The notes beneath the pieces were generated by a model that was given only the letters and a program-made list of their open reading frames with translations, had not been told where the DNA came from and did no database searches. A program made the position numbers and the translations under genes. Shown here piece by piece: positions 45,438-53,767 of a stretch of DNA of 64,000 nucleotides; within the stretch, counting starts at the first letter, position 1; each line of letters starts with the position of its first letter. Location of the stretch: the NCBI GenBank assembly GCA_045536405.1, contig JAZSNM010000025.1:23664-87663 (forward strand), read 5' to 3'. This stretch comes from Christensenellaceae bacterium (GTDB taxonomy: Bacteria > Bacillota > Clostridia > Christensenellales > Borkfalkiaceae).

Positions 45438-46382
45438 TTAACCACCTAACGACATGTTATTGTTGTTGTAGTTTTGGGGAGCTGCGTATACGGGCGCATA
45501 ACCGTAGTGATCAACGGGCGCAACGGGTTTCGGATCAACCACTTTTTGCGCGATAGCCATACCAAGGTTGATAACCGCGAATACTGCGCCAAGGATAACG
45601 GGCGTAACGCTAACTTCGGGAAGAACAGGCGCCGTAAAAGCCGTCGAACCACCAGCCATTACTTCATTGATTTCAACAATCTTACTCTTCGCAACGATAG
45701 CGAAAATCGTATAGAATACTGCAAAAATCAAGAGAACGATGGAAATACCAAGGTGTCTGCTCTTTTCTTCGCTCCACAAGTTCTTGAGCATTTTGCCAAG
45801 TGCAACCGCTGCAAGAATTGCAACAACGATAGAGAACATTTGCGCGAACACGCTGAACGTCAACAACAAATCGCCAACGTATTCAACTTCATAGTTGATA
45901 CCCATAAAGCCACTTATATCCATTTCGTACCATGCGTCCGTAGACATGATTTGTTTCATGGTTTCACCCGTAAGCGGATTCGAACCACTGATAATTACGT
46001 AATCGTATTCACCAGATGCAACCAACTTCAAGAAGGACATGGATTGCGTCGAAGAAGCCGACATACCCATTTCGTTCGTAGATTTCGTAACCGTAACAGC
46101 CGCTTCTTTCGCCCCCGTGAATACGAACGCGATAGTAATAACTGCAACTACTGCAAAGGAAACGCGCAAAATACCTTTTACGTTAAGCCAAGATTTAGCC
46201 GTTGCGAAAAGTTTCGTACCAACGAATACACCGATACCGATACAACCGAGAACGATTGCCGTCTTGGTGATACCGTTGAAACCGTATACAACGGATTCCG
46301 TCATATTGTTCATCACTGCTTCTTGCGCATGGACGGTGTTTCCAAAGCGTTTCTTGATACAATTCTTCATTGAGCCACCCAA
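45438..46382 (-). CDS. Polytopic membrane protein, unknown function (true start probably internal, e.g. MNNMTES near 46310)
   Basis: Up to 314 aa with about 6 hydrophobic segments and a Pro/Tyr/Asn-rich tail. The 5' end of the ORF overlaps the polymerase remnant. Confidence 0.55.
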   Translation of the reverse strand: MGGSMKNCIKKRFGNTVHAQEAVMNNMTESVVYGFNGITKTAIVLGCIGIGVFVGTKLFATAKSWLNVKGILRVSFAVVAVITIAFVFTGAKEAAVTVTKSTNEMGMSASSTQSMSFLKLVASGEYDYVIISGSNPLTGETMKQIMSTDAWYEMDISGFMGINYEVEYVGDLLLTFSVFAQMFSIVVAILAAVALGKMLKNLWSEEKSRHLGISIVLLIFAVFYTIFAIVAKSKIVEINEVMAGGSTAFTAPVLPEVSVTPVILGAVFAVINLGMAIAQKVVDPKPVAPVDHYGYAPVYAAPQNYNNNNMSLGG

Positions 46383-46866
46383 TATGGTCAGAGCGTTTTT
46401 TCGCTGCTATATCCAACGCAATTTTAGCATGATACAAGTTTGTGCCTATCCCAACCGTTGCGGGAATATGTGTACGTTCGGCTATTTGCTCAATAAGAAA
46501 TTTTGCGAACTGTCGCGGACTTTTATGATACATCCGAAGATAATCCGTCACGTCCAAAAACGACTCGTCTATCGAATACACGTGAATATCTCGTGGATCA
46601 ATGTAATCCAAATAAATATCGTAAATATCGCCATTGTACTCGATATACTTTTTCATGTGCGGCATTGCGATTATGTACTTTATGTTTTTCGATATCTCAA
46701 ACAACCGACAACGGTTTTTTACGCCAAGCGCTTTCATTGCAGGGGAAATCGCCAAGCATATTGTACCGCTACCGCGTGTTTCATCCGCAACGACAAGGTT
46801 TGTTTCAAACGGATTTAATCTGCGTTCTGCACACTCCACGGAAGCAAAAAACGACTTCATATGCAC
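46195..46866 (-). pseudogene. Y-family (ImpB/UmuC/DinB-type) DNA polymerase remnant
   Basis: KSFFASVECAERRLNPFETNLVVAD, SIDESFLDVT and TVGIGTNLYHAKIALD are present. An in-frame TAA lies just upstream. His replaces the expected catalytic Asp (VHMKSFF). Homology ends after LWKHRP, near 46340. Confidence 0.7.
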
Positions 46867-47006
46867 ACAAAAAATATGCGTTGTTTATCCACTTTTGCCC
46901 CCTTTTCGTCAATTTTGGATTTCAATTATACCATATAAAATCAATCTTGTCAATAAAATACGAACATTTGTTTGTGTTTTTAAGAAGAAAAAAGAACTTA
47001 TTCAAA

Positions 47007-47441
47007 TTAAATAAGCTCTTGTCCATCTTTTAATAGATATTCTACGCAACTCATCTTCCTGTCTATATCGTGCAATATATTAGGATCTACGTTAGCATCC
47101 TTGTCAAAATCAAACCAAAAGTTTCTCGCGTTTTCAACCTTCGGACTATCATTTCTTCTGCTATATGGCACAATCGTATGTCCTTCTTCTCTCAATTTCT
47201 CTGCTTGGTACGTATGTAATAACATACCCGAAGAAGAAACTTCTCTATGTCTTGGAACGTACTTCAACAGTATATCCCACTCTGCGGGCGAGTGAAATCT
47301 CATCAATCCATTACACGACAAGATTTTCTCACCATATAGCTTTGCCACATAATTACTTATTGCTTCGTAGTGCGTCAATTTCCCATACGGAACAAGCGAC
47401 AATAAATATTGATAGACAGCTTGTGATATTTCTCTCTCCAT
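47007..47441 (-). CDS. MGMT-fold (alkyltransferase-like, no active-site Cys) protein
   Basis: 144 aa. VPYGKLTHYEAISNYV and VPRHREVSSSGML resemble the MGMT DNA-binding domain, with PCHR replaced by PRHR. Confidence 0.45.
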   Translation of the reverse strand: MEREISQAVYQYLLSLVPYGKLTHYEAISNYVAKLYGEKILSCNGLMRFHSPAEWDILLKYVPRHREVSSSGMLLHTYQAEKLREEGHTIVPYSRRNDSPKVENARNFWFDFDKDANVDPNILHDIDRKMSCVEYLLKDGQELI

Positions 47442-47835
47442 ACCATTTCTCCTATATATTATATATAATGTAAAAACAATTCCCTATCTTATGAAAAAAG
47501 CCGTCGTATGTTTTCTCACACAACGGCTTTTCATTTTTTTAGATATACACGTTTACAACAATATCTTCCCACTTGGATTTATGGGTATGCACCCCATAAT
47601 TTCTCCAATGGTATGCCTTCGCTTCTTCAAAGCCGATAATAAATGTCCAAAAAGGCTTATTTATTTTCCCTTACTTTGTTTAATAGCAGCTTGTGCTCGT
47701 TATCTTTTGCCCTTAGCGACAAATTACCCGTTTAATATTAGGCTGTTATCACGATACTGTTATCCATATATTTATCCGCCGTAGCGGTTGTATTCAGTTT
47801 TAATTTTTTTTAGTTTTTCCCTTATCATTCTTATG

Positions 47836-49611
47836 TTATATAAACACCTTTACCGTCAAATCTTGCCATTGATTTGGTCTAAGCATACCGTCTTTTTCCT
47901 TTCGATAAGACCTTGCCGATTTATAATCAATCGTAAATTCCCATACCAACTTTTTCATATCGTTTGGCACATCAATTAAGTCAAAATTCATATACCAATT
48001 AAAACACGTTTCTGTTACGGGAACAATGGTATGAACGAACTGTTTAATCACTTCTCTATCTACGTAGTGTTCGGTAAAATCCATTTTCGACAACAAGAAG
48101 TCTTCCACCTTTTTTGCAGGCTCTTCTTCCCCGTCTTCGTTTGGAACCATCCCCGCATCAAGAATACGCCTTTTGTTTATAAGTTCGATTTTCTCTTGCT
48201 CAATTTCCTTTTTGAGTTCTAAGTAAGATTCTTTCGGGATTTCGTCTTCCAAGCGCATACGAGTTAAGCGTTTTAGTTTTTCGTCTAATTTTGCTATCTC
48301 TTTATCAACCGTTGCCTTAATTTCCGCCGCTTTTTGATATTCTTGAAACACACCGATTTGATATAAAGACGACACGTTATTTAGAATATCTTTCTTGTTA
48401 CCCCATAACCCTGCAAAAATATGCCTTGCCATCATTTCTAATTTCCAATCGCATATTTCTCTAAGATTACAACTTTTTGAATCGTCAATCCCTGCTTCAA
48501 TTCTAATATCCTTAGAACCATAGTTAAGTTGGTTATAGCATTTATATCCATAGATGACTTCGCCGTTTTTATTCTTGCGCCACTTGTTTTTGCGCATTTT
48601 ATAACCGCATCTACATTTTAATTTCTTCGTCCAAACGTCGCTACTTTCGTGAATGCCCGTTTTGTGAAGAACTTCCCCGTTTTCCGTACGGAATTTACTA
48701 TACCTTGTACGTTGCTCTCTTATCTGCTTGCATCTATCCCATTGTTCTTCGGATATAATCGGCTCAAAATCGCCTTTTACGTAAAGATAGGTATCTTCGT
48801 CACGGTTTATAATAATTTTTTGGTCAAGGAAATTATTTCTTCGTGATTTTAAGTACGCAGGATAGCCTTTATAGGTTGAGTTATGTAGTACTCGTGATAC
48901 TTTCGCGTTCTCCCATCTAACTAACCCCGAACTATCTTTTCTTTTACGTCGTATCATCTCGTCACGAATTTGAGATATTCCTTTACCCGCCGAATACATA
49001 TCGTAAATCATACGCACCGTTTCGGCTTGTTCTTCGTTGATTACGTAAGTTCCTTTTGCCTTGTCCCTATCATAACCAAGAATATTACCACTTCCATACA
49101 AAACGCCCTTGTCTCTACTGATTTTTTGCCCCGCGCGCACACGCTCTGAAATTTTTCTGCTTTCTTCTTGCGCAAGCGTTGCCATAATCGTGAGTCTAAG
49201 TTCGCCGTCTCCGTCCATCGTCCAAATATTATCTTCTACGAAATAGACTTCAATGCCGTACTCTTTCAATTCTCTCGTAACTACGAGCGTATCAACCGTG
49301 TTTCTTGCAAATCTACACACTTCTCTCGTTACGATTAAATCAAACTTCTTTTGTTTAGCGTCTTGTATCATCCTTAAAAATGCAGGTCGCTTTTTCGCTT
49401 GCGTTCCCGTAATCCCTTCGTCGATATATTTTTTAATAACATACCAATTAGGATTTCTATCCGCCACGTCGTCGTACCATTGCATTTGATTTTCTAAAGC
49501 CGATAACTGCGCTTCGTGTTCTGTGCTAACTCGTCCGTAGAAAACCACTCTTCTTTGCCTTGCCCTGTTAAAATTAACGTTAGTGGGCATTACCATTCCG
49601 TTTTCAATCAA
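47836..49611 (-). CDS. Large serine recombinase
   Basis: 591 aa. The resolvase-type N-terminus is VVFYGRVSTEHEAQLSALENQ ... DEGITGT ... VTREVCRFARN. A recombinase domain, a Cys-rich zinc ribbon (CRCGYKM..YKCYN) and a coiled coil follow. Confidence 0.9.
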   Translation of the reverse strand: MIENGMVMPTNVNFNRARQRRVVFYGRVSTEHEAQLSALENQMQWYDDVADRNPNWYVIKKYIDEGITGTQAKKRPAFLRMIQDAKQKKFDLIVTREVCRFARNTVDTLVVTRELKEYGIEVYFVEDNIWTMDGDGELRLTIMATLAQEESRKISERVRAGQKISRDKGVLYGSGNILGYDRDKAKGTYVINEEQAETVRMIYDMYSAGKGISQIRDEMIRRKRKDSSGLVRWENAKVSRVLHNSTYKGYPAYLKSRRNNFLDQKIIINRDEDTYLYVKGDFEPIISEEQWDRCKQIREQRTRYSKFRTENGEVLHKTGIHESSDVWTKKLKCRCGYKMRKNKWRKNKNGEVIYGYKCYNQLNYGSKDIRIEAGIDDSKSCNLREICDWKLEMMARHIFAGLWGNKKDILNNVSSLYQIGVFQEYQKAAEIKATVDKEIAKLDEKLKRLTRMRLEDEIPKESYLELKKEIEQEKIELINKRRILDAGMVPNEDGEEEPAKKVEDFLLSKMDFTEHYVDREVIKQFVHTIVPVTETCFNWYMNFDLIDVPNDMKKLVWEFTIDYKSARSYRKEKDGMLRPNQWQDLTVKVFI

Positions 49612-49883
49612 GTTAAATCGCCTCCTTTGAATAATTTATTTTGCTTTACTACACTTTCCCCAAACTGAGTACGCTTCTTTTCAATTTTAGCGTATTCTCG
49701 CTCGTCAATCATTTCGTTATCACGCATAATCTCTAACATCTTAAACGCGATAATCTTATTTAACACCTCCATATTTATTTTTGACTTGTCGATTTTCTCC
49801 ACGTTTTGGGTTTTGTAGCAACCTTGATTTTCCACTTCATTATTTAATTTTTCTTCTCTTAAATTTAATTCCTTATAATTCAA
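49608..49883 (-). CDS. Hypothetical small protein upstream of the recombinase (4-nt overlap)
   Basis: 91-aa ORF translationally coupled to the recombinase gene. Confidence 0.5.
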   Translation of the reverse strand: MNYKELNLREEKLNNEVENQGCYKTQNVEKIDKSKINMEVLNKIIAFKMLEIMRDNEMIDEREYAKIEKKRTQFGESVVKQNKLFKGGDLT

Positions 49884-50020
49884 TTCTCCTTATTTTTTAT
49901 TTTATAGGGTGATATCCGCACTTTTAACGGAAAGATAAGTACGAATGCCCTATGCAATCATTTTTCTCCTTATTAATTCCCGACATTACGGGTGTGTTAA
50001 GCACATAATGTGTTCCGCTG

Positions 50021-50239
50021 TTATTTGCTTTCTTCAAATTCTTTTCGCAAGGTTTGATATCCTAATCTAATCAAATCTACTTTTGAAATTCTTTTTTGTT
50101 TTAAGAAAGCCATTATTTCATCGTGCTCTTTAACGGGAAGTCTCGTGTTAAATTGCCTTGTTGCTTGTTCACGCTCTTCCTTGTGCACGATTTCATACTT
50201 AATTCTTGCCTTTTGTTTTGGCGTTAATTGTTTTTCCAT
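50021..50239 (-). CDS. Hypothetical small basic protein
   Basis: 72-aa ORF with RBS GGAGAA. Confidence 0.5.
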   Translation of the reverse strand: MEKQLTPKQKARIKYEIVHKEEREQATRQFNTRLPVKEHDEIMAFLKQKRISKVDLIRLGYQTLRKEFEESK

Positions 50240-50251
50240 TGTATTTTCTCC

Positions 50252-50614
50252 TTAAATATAAACGATTTCGCTTAAAATCTCTTCTTCAATCACTTGTTTC
50301 ATAGCATTAATTCTTTTAATGTCTTCCAAGTAATTACCCGTAGGGCGATACTGTTCGTTTTTAGAAAGTTTGTCCCACATAGTATCATACAAATCTTCTG
50401 CGGCTTTATCTACTCCGTGCAAGTATTCGGGCAAATGCCCTGCTAAACTTAACAATTTACCGAAGTTATGCTCTTCAATATACTGTTTCGCAAGCGTTCC
50501 ATACTTGCCGTAAACGTGCTTTTTAGGTTTAACTGCTTGTTGATAGATTTTAATTTCTTCCACAGTTAACTCTTCGTTTGCTTCCGCCTTTTTAATGATT
50601 TCTTCTACGTTCAT
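50252..50614 (-). CDS. tnpV: TnpV-like protein
   Basis: The start is set at the ATG at 50612-50614 (MNVEEI) after GGAGGG. GKYGTLAKQYIEEHNFGKLLSLAGHLPEYLHGVD fits the TnpV pattern I recall. Confidence 0.55.
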   Translation of the reverse strand: MNVEEIIKKAEANEELTVEEIKIYQQAVKPKKHVYGKYGTLAKQYIEEHNFGKLLSLAGHLPEYLHGVDKAAEDLYDTMWDKLSKNEQYRPTGNYLEDIKRINAMKQVIEEEILSEIVYI

Positions 50615-50703
50615 AAAACCCTCCCTAAAATTTATTGTAGCAATATTATACCGTGATATCACGAGATAGTCAAGCTGTTTTATATTCTTTTGAGAAAATA
50701 GTT

Positions 50704-51249
50704 TTATCTTAATAGTAAAAGTGTCATTGCGATGCTTTGCGCAAATAGTAGTATAGGCGTAGCCCAAAACATAAACTTTCTAAAACCGCCTTCCACTTGC
50801 ATTTCTTCGCGCTGTTTTTGAATTTCTTTTGCAGTTGTTTTGAGTTCTTCCTTAATCTCTTTCACACTTTCATCCACCGCTTTTTTAGCGTAGGCTTGCA
50901 CGTCATTTACTGAACGAGTAATCTCGTTTTTTATGGTTTGACTTATTTCCGTTTTGAACTGACGTTCCTCCCTCGCTACTTCCCGAAACTCGTCCACCGT
51001 TGCCGTTACTAATCGAGTCATTCTTCTCATCTCGTATTCGTTGTTCTCTTTTAGCGATTTCACTTCGTCCGTCAAGCCCTTGACGAGCGTATTCTGATTC
51101 TTGATTAAGCCGTTGCAGTTCACGCTCGATTTCGCCAATGCTTCTCGAAGTAGTTGGTTGTCCGTCATATCCTTGTACGCATCCGTACGTTTCTCTAATT
51201 CCGACAACGGAGTTGCTTGTTCCCCCGTATCTATTCTTGTTAATGCCAT
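50704..51249 (-). CDS. Coiled-coil protein with C-terminal TM anchor (overlaps the relaxase 3' end in another frame)
   Basis: 181-aa ORF of protein-like composition ending in FMFWATPILLFAQSIAMTLLLL. Its real start may be an internal Met. Confidence 0.45.
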   Translation of the reverse strand: MALTRIDTGEQATPLSELEKRTDAYKDMTDNQLLREALAKSSVNCNGLIKNQNTLVKGLTDEVKSLKENNEYEMRRMTRLVTATVDEFREVAREERQFKTEISQTIKNEITRSVNDVQAYAKKAVDESVKEIKEELKTTAKEIQKQREEMQVEGGFRKFMFWATPILLFAQSIAMTLLLLR

Positions 51250-51973
51250 TTATTATCTCCTTTTTAGTATAATTTTCTCCGAGTTTAGCCCCACGGATAG
51301 GCTTTTTCTTTTTAGGGTGTAAATATGAATATTCAGTTTTCGTTCTACTAAGCGTTACGCCGTAAAGGGAAAGATGCGAAATAAACTCTTCTTCAGATAA
51401 AGCCGTTTGCTTGGCTTCTTCGATAACTTCGCGCAGTTCTTCCTTCCAACTCGTTCCACCTTTAAGAATAATGTGTTGTTCTTCGGCTGTACGGTTGTTC
51501 TTTGCTTTCTTGCGGAAGTCTATCTCTGAAAAGCCCATTTCTTTGCCCAATCGGTTAGCTTCGTCTTTCATATCTGTATAATCTTTTCTTGTTATGCGCA
51601 GTTTTTTGCCCGTAACGGGATGAACGGCGTTTACGACGATATGACTATGTACCGTGTCCGTATCCGTATGCGTAGCAATCACGCACTCGCAATCGCAGAA
51701 AAGTATAGCGGTTAATTCTTCGGCGTAAATATGCGCTTCTTGTGGTGAAACTTTATCTTTTCTATCACAAGATAATTTGAAATGATAATATTTACGCTCT
51801 TCAAACTTTTCGCCTTTACCAAACCGTTTTGCCGTTTGCTCAAACTGCTCGGCATAATCTTCGTCTTCAAACAAGTTTCTTACCGATACAAATTCTGCCT
51901 TGTTTTTATCCGTGACGTAAGCCATAACTTTTTGTGGCGTACTTTTGCTTGACTGACATTTAAGAAGTGGCAT
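50903..51973 (-). CDS. MobA/VirD2-family relaxase
   Basis: 356 aa with the His-triad motif HTDTDTVHSHIVVNAV and the N-terminal Tyr context VMAYVTDK. Confidence 0.8.
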   Translation of the reverse strand: MPLLKCQSSKSTPQKVMAYVTDKNKAEFVSVRNLFEDEDYAEQFEQTAKRFGKGEKFEERKYYHFKLSCDRKDKVSPQEAHIYAEELTAILFCDCECVIATHTDTDTVHSHIVVNAVHPVTGKKLRITRKDYTDMKDEANRLGKEMGFSEIDFRKKAKNNRTAEEQHIILKGGTSWKEELREVIEEAKQTALSEEEFISHLSLYGVTLSRTKTEYSYLHPKKKKPIRGAKLGENYTKKEIINGINKNRYGGTSNSVVGIRETYGCVQGYDGQPTTSRSIGEIERELQRLNQESEYARQGLDGRSEIAKREQRIRDEKNDSISNGNGGRVSGSSEGGTSVQNGNKSNHKKRDYSFSK

Positions 51974-52248
51974 TATCCACCTCCAAGCATATCCGAAAGT
52001 TTCTTATACAAAGACTTACACTCTTTGATAGCGCTGAGTAATTCGTCTTGCGTTGCTCTACCAAAATAATTATTTTTTACTACTTGGTTAAGATTGTTTC
52101 CTTGCCGTTTAAGTTCGGCTAAAATCTCGTTGCCGTTGTCGATATAAATAATAGGCTTGTCCGCAAGCGCGCGTATGAGATAATCCGTTTTACTTTGTCC
52201 GCTTAATTTAATTTTTCTTTCAATCGTTTCCTTTTCCGTTTCCGACAC
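51973..52248 (-). CDS. mobC: MobC-type relaxosome accessory protein
   Basis: 91 aa with the GNNLNQVVKN motif characteristic of MobC. It overlaps the relaxase start by 1 nt. Confidence 0.75.
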   Translation of the reverse strand: MSETEKETIERKIKLSGQSKTDYLIRALADKPIIYIDNGNEILAELKRQGNNLNQVVKNNYFGRATQDELLSAIKECKSLYKKLSDMLGGG

Positions 52249-52375
52249 CCTAAACGAATAGGAATAAGGACGATTTCGTTTAGCCTTTTTCTTCTTAATT
52301 TCTTCTATAATGTTTTCCTCCTACTTTGTTTTTTTGCCAACGTAAAGGGGCTTGGGGGGAAGAACTTCCACCAAC

Positions 52376-52420
52376 GAGGCGAGCGTTTCGCTCGGTAAGT
52401 GGCGTGCCACTTGCGTACCT
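52376..52420 (+). promoter_or_regulatory. oriT candidate (hairpin + MOBQ-like nick motif)
   Basis: CGAGCG-ttt-CGCTCG (52380-52394) is followed immediately by GTAAGTGGCGTGCC. This compares with the RSF1010 nick region GGTAAGTGCGCCCT, from memory. It lies about 130 nt upstream of mobC. Confidence 0.45.
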
Positions 52421-52780
52421 CGCTATCCGATAAGCGAATATACCTCTCCCATAAATTTAAAAGTCGTAAGCCCGACGACGGCTTGCAGTTTTTACGACCA
52501 CGCCGAAGTTTTAAGTCTATCGGCAAGACTGAAATTTGTGCATTTTAATCACCTCCTTATCTTTTATTTATCAAGCGGCAAAAACGCCGAAAATATTCCA
52601 AAGAATTTTTATCCCCCATATATCCAAGGACACGAAAATTTATTTTGCAACCCTTTTTACGAAAAAACTTTAAAAAAGGGGACAAAAAAGTCGTTGATAA
52701 AACTATCACCGACTTTAACCGTGTTTAGGTAATACCTCTATGATGGTCAATCATTCTATTTAATTAGCGCATCACTTAAT

Positions 52781-53389
52781 TTATTTTTTCTTCCTCTTTT
52801 TCCTTTTTTTCTTTGCGAAACTTTTTAATTCTTTATTGATTGCTTCTGCTTTCTCGTCAACGTATTCGCTTGCGTTGTAAAATTCTTCGGGGTCTTCAAA
52901 AACCGACGTGCAACCGTTTCGGCGCGCACGAGCGTTTAGTTCAGGTATCATTCCATCACAACCAAAAGCGCACTCGTAATTAAAGAATAGGTCATCACGT
53001 TCTATACGCCAATACCCTTCCCAACGGAAGTCACGAAGCTTTAATGGGTTGTCCTCCGCGCAAACGTTTTCTATTTGCAGTTCCTTACCCGTGAGCCGAG
53101 ACTTATCCCCTATGTAAACGATACGGTTAGCCTTTTGCTTGCCGTTTTCGTCATACGTAGCTTCACGGCGGATTACGTTTTCCGTCTCCAATTCTTTCAA
53201 TAGCTTTTGCATTGAACGAGTAGAAACGTTAAAAGCGTTTGCGATAGTCTCTAACTTCATTTCACGCCCACTACGCCGACGTAAATAGTTTTTGAGAACT
53301 TCCTTACGCTTTTTACCCGTAAGTTTCCGCATCTGAAGGGAGCCGTTTTCATCAAGAAAATAGAAGTATCCGTAACCTTTTTTCGCCAT
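52781..53389 (-). CDS. HTH DNA-binding protein (winged-helix-like), basic C-terminal tail
   Basis: The start is set at the ATG at 53387-53389 (MAKKGYGYFYF) after GGAAGGGG. It has the HTH ANAFNVSTRSMQKLLKELETENVI and a KKKRKKRKKK tail. Confidence 0.6.
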   Translation of the reverse strand: MAKKGYGYFYFLDENGSLQMRKLTGKKRKEVLKNYLRRRSGREMKLETIANAFNVSTRSMQKLLKELETENVIRREATYDENGKQKANRIVYIGDKSRLTGKELQIENVCAEDNPLKLRDFRWEGYWRIERDDLFFNYECAFGCDGMIPELNARARRNGCTSVFEDPEEFYNASEYVDEKAEAINKELKSFAKKKRKKRKKK

Positions 53390-53561
53390 TTTCCCCTTCC
53401 AACTATAACAAAATTTCACCCTATGCTTAAAACTCCCTTTTGAATGATTATAAGCCAATTGCTACCACATAAGGTAATAAAATGTAGAAAATCAATAGAT
53501 TTTAGTACCAAAAAAATCTTAAAATTTTTTAAAAATAGGTTGTCCACCCTATTTCGCTTAA

Positions 53562-53690
53562 CCGCGAGATTGCAAATCTACTGTTCGATTATATTATACC
53601 ACACTAAATATGACAACCTACGTCATATATTATATAAAATTTCGCTAACAATGGCAACGGTCAAATGTCCACGTTTAAGTACATCTGACC
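53562..53690 (+). repeat. Repeat copy B (hairpin + promoter-operator module)
   Basis: 129 nt with 7 mismatches to 33050-33178, in the same orientation. Confidence 0.85.
53593..53628 (-). promoter_or_regulatory. Promoter-operator module upstream of the 52781..53389 HTH gene
   Basis: The minus strand reads ATATGACgtaggttGTCATAT (53608-53628), then 9 nt, then TGGTATAAT. A leader of about 200 nt separates it from the ATG. Confidence 0.55.
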
Positions 53691-53767
53691 ATTAGCTTAT
53701 GTATTTATAAATATTCAAAAATCCATTTTTGGGCATATTTGTCTACTATGTTATATATCATTTACTA

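Larger units (their letters stand above)
47836..53389. mobile_element. Serine-recombinase / TnpV / relaxase / MobC mobilisable module (Tn4451-like gene set); ends not defined
   Basis: The genes at 47836..53389 are co-oriented on the minus strand. I could not place att sites. Confidence 0.6.

Noticed and set aside
45474-47033. Long plus-strand ORFs (45474..46373, 46039..46818, 46503..47033, 46634..47014)
   Set aside because: They are antisense to the membrane protein and the polymerase remnant. Their Arg/Asn/Cys-rich, low-complexity products are not credible proteins.
47491-47979. Plus-strand ORFs 47491..47784 and 47788..47979 downstream of the recombinase
   Set aside because: Their Phe/Leu/Ile/Tyr-rich products have no RBS. 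The second is antisense to the recombinase 3' end. I treat the region as non-coding and as possibly att-containing.
52305-52732. ORFs 52305..52526 (-) and 52352..52732 (+) upstream of mobC
   Set aside because: They have no RBS and basic low-complexity products. The region is better explained as the oriT/promoter non-coding region of the mobilisation module.
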